From Weeksellaceae bacterium (lineage in GTDB: Bacteria > Bacteroidota > Bacteroidia > Flavobacteriales > Weeksellaceae), in contig JAKLPS010000022.1 in the NCBI GenBank assembly GCA_022013695.1, positions 3,809 through 67,808 on the forward strand: DNA of 64,000 nt, written 5' to 3'. The position numbers and the translations under genes were made by a program. A model generated the notes under the pieces. That model searched no databases and was not told where the DNA came from. It was given only the letters and a program-made list of their open reading frames with translations. This document shows positions 19,735 through 28,507 of this stretch, in pieces; within the stretch, counting starts at the first letter, position 1; the number at the start of each line of letters is the position of its first letter.

Positions 19735-19753
19735 GCGATCCGGACGGGACTTG
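19735..19753 (-). other. tRNA 3-prime-end fragment (T-loop/T-stem/acceptor), probable ICE attachment-site repeat
   Basis: The minus strand reads CAAGTCCCGTCCGGATCGC, which parses as T-loop end, T-stem CCCGT, 7-nt acceptor strand and discriminator. It resembles the tRNA-Asp-type TTCGAGTCCCGTCCG end. No D-arm or anticodon arm lies upstream, so it is only a fragment. Confidence 0.5.
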
Positions 19754-19769
19754 TTATTTTTTCAAAAAA

Positions 19770-20265
19770 GCCCTATCCATAAGCTTTATATTGTTCTCTT
19801 GTTTAATAGGTCACCGAATAGGTCACTTTTATAAAACAATGTAGAGAGCGTCGTTTTTACTGGTGCAAATATAGGTCATTTTTAATAATTTCCAAATAAT
19901 GGGTACATTTTTTTCGTATATGTTATGCAATCACCAGATAATCAACTATTTTAATTAGTTCCCCATCTGCTGCACATTAGACGAGGTAGAAATAATCCTT
20001 TATTTTCTAGCATTCAAAACATTGTTCGCTGAAATAATGATGACCACCATCTTGTTTATTCTGCCTTTACAATTTTCTAAAATAGCAAGTCCATTGCGGT
20101 CAGTGGAGCATAATATCCAAGAGTACGCAATCATAATGGAACGTTTCTATCGTCTCTATTTCTTCACTGAAAGTGAGTGCAAATTCACAGATTAATTTCT
20201 CCAAAAGATATTCTGCAATACTTTTTTGCTAATTCTGTCTCGTCTTCAATAATAAAGATTTTCAT
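19770..20265 (-). pseudogene. decayed OmpR/PhoB-type response regulator
   Basis: From the ATG at 20263-20265 the frame reads MKIFIIEDETELAKSIAEYLLEKLICEFALTFSEEIETIETFHYDCVLLDIMLH then stops. A shifted frame continues with DRNGLAILENCKGRINKMVVIIISANNVLNARK then stops. Further shifted fragments follow. The 3-prime end is missing where it abuts the tRNA fragment. Confidence 0.7.
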
Positions 20266-20457
20266 TTTGCTACTTTAGGGGTTCAATTTTGAAGAAATTT
20301 TGAATTTTACAATACCATTAATTCATTATAAAATTATTATAGAAAAAAGACAACCGATCCAGATATTAATTATACAAGCATACGTTATCTCCTTTTATAT
20401 TTTGCTCCATAAAGGAAAAGAGGTTGCGTCCCTGCATAAAATATTGCTTATAAAAAT

Positions 20458-20485
20458 AATACAGATATGCGTACATATCTGTATT
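20458..20485 (-). terminator. perfect 12-bp hairpin downstream of the multicopper oxidase gene
   Basis: aatacagatatg-cgta-catatctgtatt. Confidence 0.55.
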
Positions 20486-20553
20486 ATATTATAAAGATTC
20501 AAGATCAATCTTAATAACTATTTCAACACCACGAGCAGGTTGTTGAATTTATT

Positions 20554-23091
20554 TTAGTAATTAAGAGATAAGCCTACGCCCCATCCCATATCACTATCAT
20601 AATGTGTACGAATGCCAACATTTTTATTGATAATATATTTTAGTTCTGTCATATATTCCATATCGGTGTTGACCATAAAAGCTGCTCTCAATCTTTTTGT
20701 AATCGGAATATCTTCACGCATTAAAGAAAGACGTACAATTCCATCGTGATAGACTTCTGCCTGAAAGTTCACTAACATTGGCAAAGTGTACATAAAACCT
20801 AAACTAATGGCTCTACGTGTATCTTTTTCATTTTTCTGTCCAAATAAATTGGTTTCGTGTTCATCCATACCCATTTTACGGTAGCGCCAGTCGAAACCGA
20901 TGAATGGCATAAACCATTGCATTTTACCAATATATCTTCCTAAATGAGTTTCTATCTCATAGCCGTGCATATCATTATAACCTAAACGCCATTCTGTACC
21001 TAAGCTCCATCTTGAGTTCTGAAGCATTGCATCACCATCATTCCCATTGCTCGCAAAATCATTTTGTGCCATAAAATGAGGCATATTGCTTTCTCTTTGC
21101 AACATATTATATGCTTGTTTCTTGTCAGGCAAATTTGGATTTTGATAATCGTCAACCGCAAATACCCTGTTCATTCCTGACATCATATGATAAAGGATGT
21201 GACAGTGGAAAAACCAATCTCCTTCTTCGTTTGCTAAAAACTCAATAGTGTCAGTTTCCATTGGCATTATATCTAAAACATTTTTAAGGGGAGATTTTTC
21301 ACCTTTGCCATTAATAACTCTAAAATCAAAGCCGTGCAAGTGCATCGGGTGTCGCATCATTGAGTTATTATGAATGGTAATTCGTAGAATTTCTCCTTTT
21401 TTTACAGGTATTTTATCAACTTCTGAAAGTATTTTATTATCCATACTCCACACATAACGGTTCATATTTCCTGTAAGGGTAAATTTCAATTCTTTTACTG
21501 GAGCATCTTTAGGAAGTTCCGTATTGGAAGGAGATTGTAACATTGCATAATTTAGCGTTTTGATTTCTCCCAAAGCATTTGCATTGTAACGATTGGGATC
21601 ATTATCCATATTCATATTGTGCTGACTATGGTCTTCTTTTGGTTTAGCATCTCCAGTAATCTCAGGATACATTACCACATTCATATCCATTTGGTTCAGG
21701 CTCATTTTCATTCCCATATCGTCCAAATCCCCATTCATTTTCATCATATCGTTCATCATTTTCATTCCCTCAAAATATTTCAATCTTGGGAGCGGCGATA
21801 TTAACTGCTTGATACCATTGCCTACAAAATAGCTAGCCGATTGTGTTCGGTCTTCGGTTGTGGCTAAAAATTCATAAGCAACACCATCTTCAGGAATTGT
21901 GACAACAATATCGTACGTTTCGGACACTGCAATAATTAATCTATCGACCTCTACTGGTTCTACATCATTACCATCATTGGCTACTACAGTAATTTTACCT
22001 CCGGCGTACCGCAACCAAAAGTAAGAAGATGCCCCCCCATTTGATATTCGCAACCGCACTTTATCGCCTGCTTTCAGTGTTTTGCCATCAACTGTTTTTA
22101 AGTCGGTAGCATTATTTCCGTTGATTAATATTTTATCGTAATACACATCGCTAACATCCATTGCCAACATACGTTTCCATTCGTTAGTTACTTTTGTTTT
22201 GAAATGACCTTCTCTGATAGCTTCTGCGTAAGATTGTGTAGCATTTTTTTTGATAGCCGCCCAATCATTGGCGTTATGTAACATCCGATTAATGTTATTG
22301 GGATTGAGGTTTGTCCACTCGCTTAAAATGATGGGTACAGTAGGCAAATCATCTATTCCTTCTCTAAAAGTTTTATCATCCTCACGCTTTTTCATTACAA
22401 AACTACCATACATACCAATCTGCTCCTGCAAACCAGAATGTGAGTGATACCAGTGCGTGCCATGTTGGATAATCGGAAAACGATAGGTATAAGTATCGCC
22501 CGCCTTAATTGGTTTTTGTGTAAGCCAAGGCACACCATCCTCTTTATTGGGTAAAAAAACACCATGCCAATGCAGTGATGTACTTTCTTTTAATTGATTA
22601 TGTACGACAATTTCGGCTGTATCGCCTTCTGTAAAAGTGAGTGCAGGCATAGGTATTTGACCATTTACGGCAATAGCTCTCTTTTCTTTACCTGCGTAGT
22701 TTACTAGTGTATCTGTTACATATAATTCGTATCGAACTGTTTTTGGAGGTTTTGTGTTTACAATTCTTTTTACGGGTTGAGGCTTTTCTTTTGGCATAGA
22801 CATATTGTTCATTTTGTCCACCTTTTTCGGCTGCTCTTTTGGGGGCATCTGCATTTCATCATTTTTTTTGTTTGATGACTGCTTTACCGTTTTAGCCTTT
22901 TCTTTTATCAATTTCATACCACACTTTGGGCAGTTGCCTGGTTTTGTGGCGTGGATTTCGGGATGCATCGAGCAAGTATAAGTTGCCTGTTGAACCTGTT
23001 CTTTTTTACTCATATCCATACCTTTCATATCCTGTGATTGTGCAAAGGTGTACGTTGCAACGATGAATATTATTAATGTTATCTTTTTCAT
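20554..23091 (-). CDS. multicopper oxidase fused to an N-terminal Cys-motif metal-binding module and a C-terminal CopB-like beta-barrel segment
   Basis: 845 aa. YTCSMHPEIHATKPGNCPKCGMKL sits near the N-terminus. The MCO copper ligands are HWHGV, HWYHSH, HPMHLHG and HCHILYHMMSGM. There is a Met/His-rich linker. The final ~200 aa show an alternating beta pattern ending in GLSLNY. Confidence 0.85.
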   Translation of the reverse strand: MKKITLIIFIVATYTFAQSQDMKGMDMSKKEQVQQATYTCSMHPEIHATKPGNCPKCGMKLIKEKAKTVKQSSNKKNDEMQMPPKEQPKKVDKMNNMSMPKEKPQPVKRIVNTKPPKTVRYELYVTDTLVNYAGKEKRAIAVNGQIPMPALTFTEGDTAEIVVHNQLKESTSLHWHGVFLPNKEDGVPWLTQKPIKAGDTYTYRFPIIQHGTHWYHSHSGLQEQIGMYGSFVMKKREDDKTFREGIDDLPTVPIILSEWTNLNPNNINRMLHNANDWAAIKKNATQSYAEAIREGHFKTKVTNEWKRMLAMDVSDVYYDKILINGNNATDLKTVDGKTLKAGDKVRLRISNGGASSYFWLRYAGGKITVVANDGNDVEPVEVDRLIIAVSETYDIVVTIPEDGVAYEFLATTEDRTQSASYFVGNGIKQLISPLPRLKYFEGMKMMNDMMKMNGDLDDMGMKMSLNQMDMNVVMYPEITGDAKPKEDHSQHNMNMDNDPNRYNANALGEIKTLNYAMLQSPSNTELPKDAPVKELKFTLTGNMNRYVWSMDNKILSEVDKIPVKKGEILRITIHNNSMMRHPMHLHGFDFRVINGKGEKSPLKNVLDIMPMETDTIEFLANEEGDWFFHCHILYHMMSGMNRVFAVDDYQNPNLPDKKQAYNMLQRESNMPHFMAQNDFASNGNDGDAMLQNSRWSLGTEWRLGYNDMHGYEIETHLGRYIGKMQWFMPFIGFDWRYRKMGMDEHETNLFGQKNEKDTRRAISLGFMYTLPMLVNFQAEVYHDGIVRLSLMREDIPITKRLRAAFMVNTDMEYMTELKYIINKNVGIRTHYDSDMGWGVGLSLNY

Positions 23092-23092
23092 T

Positions 23093-25132
23093 TTATTTTT
23101 TTACTTTTAAAAAACTTGCATTGATTGCAACTACGACTGTGCTAACCGTCATTAAAACCGCACCTGCGGCTGGGCTTAACAATATGCCTTGCTTGTACAA
23201 AACACCTGCTGCCAAAGGCAATGCGATTACATTGTAACCCGTAGCCCAAATTAAATTCTGTATCATTTTACGATAGGTGGCTTTGCCAAATAAAATAAGA
23301 TTTACAACATCCTTAGGGTTACTGTTCACTAAAACAATACCTGCGGTTTCGGCTGCAATATCACTACCGCTGCCAACTGCTATACCAACATCTGCAATTG
23401 CCAGTGCTGGTGAATCGTTTACGCCATCACCTGTCATAGCTACGAATTCGCCATTGCTTTGCAGGTCTTTTATCTTTTCTAATTTTTGATGTGGTAATAC
23501 TTCGGCAATAAAACTATCCATACCCAAAATATCGCTTACACTTTTTGCTACTTTGTTATTATCACCGGTAAGTAAAATAGATTTGATATTATTTTCTTTC
23601 AAGGTCTTTATTGCTTCGGCAGCTTCAGGACGAATTTCATCTGACAAAGCAATATAACCTGCTAACTCATTATTTACGATTACGAACACAACCGTTTCTG
23701 TATCGTTGGCATTAAAGCCTTCGGGAATTGCTAAATTATTTTCTTTTAAATATCCCGGACTGACTATCAATATTTTTTCGCCTTCAACCGTTGCTTCAAC
23801 TCCTTTGCCTGTTATGGCATTAAAGTTTTCCGTTTCAGGAATGGTGATCGATAGTTCTTTTGCTTTTTGCAAAATGCCTGTTGCAATAGGATGTTCTGAT
23901 TTTTGTTCTAATGCAGACGCAAGGCGAATGATTTCATTTTCATTGAACTCTTTTTGCAGCGATACAATTTTTGACACTTCAAATCTTCCTACAGTTAATG
24001 TTCCTGTCTTGTCAAAAACGATAGTGGTTATTTTTCTTGAATTTTCAAACGCTGTACGATTTTTAATAAGTAAACCATTCTTAGCTGATAATGCTGTTGA
24101 TTTTGCAACAACCAATGGTACTGCCAAACCCAAAGCATGAGGGCAGCAAATAACAATTACGGTTACCATCCTTTCCATTGCAAAAGCCAATGATTGCCCT
24201 GTAAGATACCAATATAAAAATGTGGCAATGCCCGTAACCAATGCTATAATGGTAAGCCATCTTGCTGCTTTGTCTGCTAATAGTTGCGTTTGTGATTTTG
24301 ATTTTTGTGCATCGTCCACCAATTTAATAACCTGTGATAAGTAAGAGTCTTTTGTGGCATGGGAAACGGTAACTTTTATAGAACCGTTGCCATTGATTGC
24401 ACCTGCAATTACTTTATCGCCTTTTACTTTTTGTACTGGTTTGCTTTCACCTGTAAGCATACTTTCGTTCAGATAGCTTTCGCCTTCTAATATTATTCCA
24501 TCGGCTGCCACTTTTTCGCCTGGTTTTACTAAAATAATGTCGTTCTCTTTTAGTGTATCGGTTTTTACATCATGCACCATGTTAGGCATTACCATGTGTG
24601 CATCGGCTGGCATTAACTGCACCAATAATTCTAATTCTTTTGATGCACCTGCAACAGATTTCATTTCTATCCAATGCCCCAAAAGCATGATTAGTATAAG
24701 GGTTGCCAATTCCCAAAAGAAATCCATGCCCTGTAACCCAAACACAATTGCAACGCTGTAGATGTAAGCAACTGTTATGGCGAAGCCGATTAAAAACATC
24801 ATGCCGGGGTTCTTTGCTTTTACTTCGTCAACCAATCCTTTTAAAAATGGAAAGCCTCCATAAAAAAACACAACGGTTGACAATGCAAAGAGTATGTATT
24901 GCGAACCTGCAAACTGCCAATCAACTTTCATAAAATGTTGTATCATGGTTGACAGCATCATGATTGGAATGGTTAGGACAAGCACTACATAAAACCGCTT
25001 TTTAAAATCGGCAATCATCATGGCATGGTGGTTATGTCCTGCCATGCCCATTGCTGGGTTTGCTCCATGCTGCATATTGCTCATTTTATGCCCTGCATGG
25101 GTTTCTTTATTTTCTGTATGTTGATGTTCCAT
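23093..25132 (-). CDS. heavy-metal (copper) translocating P1B-type ATPase with His-rich N-terminus
   Basis: 679 aa. The N-terminus is MEHQHTENKETHAGHKMSNMQHG...GHNHHAMM. Other motifs are the TM motif CPH (VICCPHALG), DKTGTLT and GDGVNDSPAL. Confidence 0.9.
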   Translation of the reverse strand: MEHQHTENKETHAGHKMSNMQHGANPAMGMAGHNHHAMMIADFKKRFYVVLVLTIPIMMLSTMIQHFMKVDWQFAGSQYILFALSTVVFFYGGFPFLKGLVDEVKAKNPGMMFLIGFAITVAYIYSVAIVFGLQGMDFFWELATLILIMLLGHWIEMKSVAGASKELELLVQLMPADAHMVMPNMVHDVKTDTLKENDIILVKPGEKVAADGIILEGESYLNESMLTGESKPVQKVKGDKVIAGAINGNGSIKVTVSHATKDSYLSQVIKLVDDAQKSKSQTQLLADKAARWLTIIALVTGIATFLYWYLTGQSLAFAMERMVTVIVICCPHALGLAVPLVVAKSTALSAKNGLLIKNRTAFENSRKITTIVFDKTGTLTVGRFEVSKIVSLQKEFNENEIIRLASALEQKSEHPIATGILQKAKELSITIPETENFNAITGKGVEATVEGEKILIVSPGYLKENNLAIPEGFNANDTETVVFVIVNNELAGYIALSDEIRPEAAEAIKTLKENNIKSILLTGDNNKVAKSVSDILGMDSFIAEVLPHQKLEKIKDLQSNGEFVAMTGDGVNDSPALAIADVGIAVGSGSDIAAETAGIVLVNSNPKDVVNLILFGKATYRKMIQNLIWATGYNVIALPLAAGVLYKQGILLSPAAGAVLMTVSTVVVAINASFLKVKK

Positions 25133-25222
25133 ATAAATAATTTCATTTGCAACAATCCTTTTTATGAATAAAGATTGCTTTAAAAATGCTGATTAATATT
25201 TGTTTAATTTTTCGCATTGTAT

Positions 25223-25693
25223 TTAATTTTCTGTTGAAAGGCTGTCTGCTGTTTTGTTCATCCAATCCACGATCAATTTTTTTTGCTCCATTGAAAGCTG
25301 TGCATTTCTGTGCATTATTTTATAAGAAGCTAAAGGCATTTGTTCGTCTTTAATTTGGTTTGCTATTCCTTTCAATTTACTTATTTGCCTTCGACTACTA
25401 ATACTGCCAAACTCACTAAAGTTTAATTTTTCTTTGCCATTATCAATATGCTTCTTCATCAGCCACGCAATTGGTTGAATGTTGGAATACCAAACATTAT
25501 TGGTATTGTTGCTATGACAATCGTAACAGGCATTTTTTAAGATGTTTTGCACATTTGGCGGAACTGTATAAACTTTCGAAAAATCGGTTGTGTAAACCTG
25601 CCCTTTATCTACATTAAGGGCAGGTTGATAAAATTGTATTGCAATAAAAATAAACAGCACTATTGCTAACATTATCTTTAATACTCTCTTCAT
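25223..25693 (-). CDS. haem-binding-domain (CxxCH) membrane-anchored protein
   Basis: 156 aa with an N-terminal TM helix and CYDCHS (CxxCH). Confidence 0.65.
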   Translation of the reverse strand: MKRVLKIMLAIVLFIFIAIQFYQPALNVDKGQVYTTDFSKVYTVPPNVQNILKNACYDCHSNNTNNVWYSNIQPIAWLMKKHIDNGKEKLNFSEFGSISSRRQISKLKGIANQIKDEQMPLASYKIMHRNAQLSMEQKKLIVDWMNKTADSLSTEN

Positions 25694-26356
25694 TTAGAAC
25701 GCTTTCTTTACAGAGCCACAAGTAAGCATCTTGCTACCGTAATAAGGATTTTTTATTGTCTTAGCTTCGCTAATCCAAACAGCACCTTTACCATCATTAT
25801 ACATTGGGCAGAAGTCCTGATAAACTTTTTGAGTGGTGCCAAACAATACGATAAGGTCTGAAACATCTTTACTCAACATTGCTAAATGCTCTCTTTGGTG
25901 GTCTATCTTTCCCGCGTTGTCACCAATATGCTCAGCATTTTCTTTTGCACTCTCCGCAATGTCCATAAACTCTTTATGCTTGTTTGCGGCTATTGATTTC
26001 ATATCTACATTGTTTATAGTTGTAAATAATTGCTTCCCTGCGTTAGCAGCTACTTTGTCATTATCTGCAACGAGTGCATTTTTTAAAACCAGATAATCTT
26101 TTACAATTGGTTCAATAGAGAAGATTTGTGTCTGCTCTTTTGAAGCAGACTTTTCCACCTTTTGAGATAGTGTATCTCTTGGAGTAACGGCAGGCGTTGT
26201 ATCATTTTGTGTTGCTGTTGACAAATCTTGGATTCTAGTTATGGCTGTGCTATCATCAGCCTGCTGGTCGCCATTTTTATTGGAAGATTGCTTGCAGGAA
26301 ATTGTTGCCGCTGCAACTGTTACTAATGTAATGATTGAGAAAATTATATTTTTCAT
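25694..26356 (-). CDS. DUF3347-like lipoprotein
   Basis: 220 aa with the lipobox AATISC and the C-terminal motif CPMYNDGKGAVWISEAKTIKNPYYGSKMLTCGSV, which is shared with the 292-aa gene. Confidence 0.65.
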   Translation of the reverse strand: MKNIIFSIITLVTVAAATISCKQSSNKNGDQQADDSTAITRIQDLSTATQNDTTPAVTPRDTLSQKVEKSASKEQTQIFSIEPIVKDYLVLKNALVADNDKVAANAGKQLFTTINNVDMKSIAANKHKEFMDIAESAKENAEHIGDNAGKIDHQREHLAMLSKDVSDLIVLFGTTQKVYQDFCPMYNDGKGAVWISEAKTIKNPYYGSKMLTCGSVKKAF

Positions 26357-26394
26357 TTTAATGCTATTTAATGTTATTAAAGAAATTTTGTTGT

Positions 26395-26916
26395 TTACTT
26401 GTTTTCAAATTCTTTCAGCTTTCGCTTCATGAATTCGATTTCTTTTGCTTGGGTTTCCAATATGTTCTTTTGGAGCTCAATTAATTCGGGGTCGGTAAGC
26501 TTAGCTTTTTCAGACATTAATACTGCGGCTGCGTGATGCGGTATCATTCCTTTTACAAATTCCTTATCGCCCACATTTAATTGCTCTCTAATGCCAAACC
26601 ATGAAAAGATACCAATCGCAAGAGAAACCACAATGACTGCCCAATTGATCTTTTTGTTTTGATACATTCCTTTCATCATCCATAATTCAATAATCAGCAT
26701 TGCTGAAACCATCAGCAGCGTCATATATAAATTGTTGATGTTCGGGATAAGGTTCTGTAAGCCATCAATCATAGCATACATAATAAAATACATAGCTATA
26801 AACATTGCAACAGCCATTAAAGCAAAACGTTTGTACATTGCTAAAGAGTGGGCAGAATTATTTTTTTCGCTCTTTTGGGTATGTTGCATACCGTGTTGAT
26901 TTTTCATACTTTCCAT
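26395..26916 (-). CDS. DUF305-like membrane protein
   Basis: 173 aa with three predicted TM helices followed by MIPHHAAAVLM...LQKNILETQAKEIEFM, a DUF305-type four-helix motif. Confidence 0.6.
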   Translation of the reverse strand: MESMKNQHGMQHTQKSEKNNSAHSLAMYKRFALMAVAMFIAMYFIMYAMIDGLQNLIPNINNLYMTLLMVSAMLIIELWMMKGMYQNKKINWAVIVVSLAIGIFSWFGIREQLNVGDKEFVKGMIPHHAAAVLMSEKAKLTDPELIELQKNILETQAKEIEFMKRKLKEFENK

Positions 26917-26935
26917 AACAATTGTTTTTTATTTG

Positions 26936-27814
26936 TTATTTAACAGTTTCCTGTACACTGCCACAAGTGAGCATTTGAGAACCGTAATATGGATTTTTAA
27001 TAGCTTCTTCTTTGCTTAGCCAATTTGCTCCTTTACCATTATCGTACATTGGGCAATGTTGATAATAAACAGGTGTTTCTTGTTTTGAAACCTTGGCTAA
27101 TTCGTACATATTAATAGCCAGTAAAGCGAAAAATTCTCTTTGTTTGGTAACATCTTTTGCTGCAGCAATTTTTTCTGCATTAGTAGTTAAATCTTTCATT
27201 ACTTTCATCCAGACGGTATGTTCTTCATTGGAAAGTTTTGTCATTTCTATAGCTTTTATTGCCTTTATTAATTCAGCAGCTTTTGCAGAAGAAGTGCCTG
27301 CATCAGTTTTTACCAAGGCATCTTTCACTGAAAAATAGTTATCGAAAATAGCTTTCAGTTGTGGTTCATTTTGGGTAGTTGCCATATCTGTGGCTGGCAT
27401 TTCTTTGGTATTGTGGTTAGCGTGATCAGCTTTCATATCCATACCTGCATCTTTAGATGTGGCAATTGGCTTTAGTTCCCTGTCATACTGGCAACAACCT
27501 GATAACTTTGCATAAACATCATCAGGTGCTAAAAATTTCTCATTGTCGTACCCTGCTAAAGCAATACGTTTGAGAATCTCATCCTGATTTGTTTTTTTAC
27601 TATCGTAGTCGATTGTAGCCATCTTGGTATCTTTATTCCAATTTACTGTGGCTACATTTTTTACATTTCCTGCTTTCTCGATTGTGGTTTTACACATTTC
27701 ACAGTTGCCATATATTTTCACTGTTTCTGTTTTTGCATTTTTAATTTGGGCAAAACTGTTTACGGCTGATAGTAATACGGTGATTACCATCAATATTTTT
27801 GATATTGACTTCAT
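26936..27814 (-). CDS. HMA (heavy-metal-associated) domain fused to a DUF3347-like domain
   Basis: 292 aa with a signal peptide, GNCEMCKTTIEKA (CxxC HMA motif) and a C-terminal CPMYDNGKGANWLSKEEAIKNPYYGSQMLTCGSV. Confidence 0.7.
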   Translation of the reverse strand: MKSISKILMVITVLLSAVNSFAQIKNAKTETVKIYGNCEMCKTTIEKAGNVKNVATVNWNKDTKMATIDYDSKKTNQDEILKRIALAGYDNEKFLAPDDVYAKLSGCCQYDRELKPIATSKDAGMDMKADHANHNTKEMPATDMATTQNEPQLKAIFDNYFSVKDALVKTDAGTSSAKAAELIKAIKAIEMTKLSNEEHTVWMKVMKDLTTNAEKIAAAKDVTKQREFFALLAINMYELAKVSKQETPVYYQHCPMYDNGKGANWLSKEEAIKNPYYGSQMLTCGSVQETVK

Positions 27815-27907
27815 TTTGAATTTTTTAAATTATTAAGGGATATAGAGTTTTACGAAAACTAATATTAGCTTTCGACAAGACATAACTGTGGCATACAAGC
27901 CATCTTT

Positions 27908-28300
27908 TTAACCTATTTTAGGCGGTTGCCAAAAGGAATGGAAGCCCGAAGAATAATAGGCTTGTTTGAAACCGAATTTTTGCGTTTTAATTTCTGCAAA
28001 CTGGTTTTCTATTTTTATATCTATTAGTACAGGTAAACTTAATGAAGATGAAGAAGTGCTACATTTGCAAGAACTGTGTTTACAATTACCGTTGCAGTCG
28101 TGACCATCTTTGCATTTTTTACAGGACTTGTCCTTGCAACTGATTTGATGTTCTGCTTTTGAAGATTGATCTTTAGAGCAACTTTTTTGTTCTGTATTAG
28201 CTGTTTTTTTTGCACAGGCATAACTTATGCTTGGAATTAGAAAAAAGCCCAAACATAGTAAGATAATAAAGCTGATATGTTTACTAAAAATTTTCAACAC
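27908..28300 (-). CDS. small membrane/lipid-anchored cysteine-rich protein
   Basis: 130 aa. The anchor FFLIPSISYAC is followed by SCSKD...SCKDKSCKKCKDGHDCNGNCKHSSCKC and a C-terminal ...FWQPPKIG. Confidence 0.6.
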   Translation of the reverse strand: MLKIFSKHISFIILLCLGFFLIPSISYACAKKTANTEQKSCSKDQSSKAEHQISCKDKSCKKCKDGHDCNGNCKHSSCKCSTSSSSLSLPVLIDIKIENQFAEIKTQKFGFKQAYYSSGFHSFWQPPKIG

Positions 28301-28507
28301 TACAAAATTATGAATAATTATTTAAATTGCTATATTTTATTCTATTTAAGTCGTAATCTAACAGCGGAGGCGGAATATTTAATTTAGGTGATCCTTTTCA
28401 GCCCATCTAACAATTTACTATGTCTTTTTAATTATAATCTGCTTGGACTCGTAACTTGATATACACTATGTCTTACAAAATACTTTAGAAATATTATAAG
28501 ATCTCAT

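Noticed and set aside
19805-19879. Three copies of ATAGGTCA(C/T) near the junction, as possible integrase or excisionase arm-type sites.
   Set aside because: This stretch also reads, in shifted frames, as the decayed C-terminal part of the response-regulator pseudogene. The repeats may be coding remnants or a small duplication, so the evidence is too weak to call regulatory sites.
23706-24140. 144-aa ORF antisense to the P-type ATPase, and similar short antisense ORFs across the copper and tra genes.
   Set aside because: All lie inside long, motif-supported minus-strand genes. They are typical spurious mirror ORFs.
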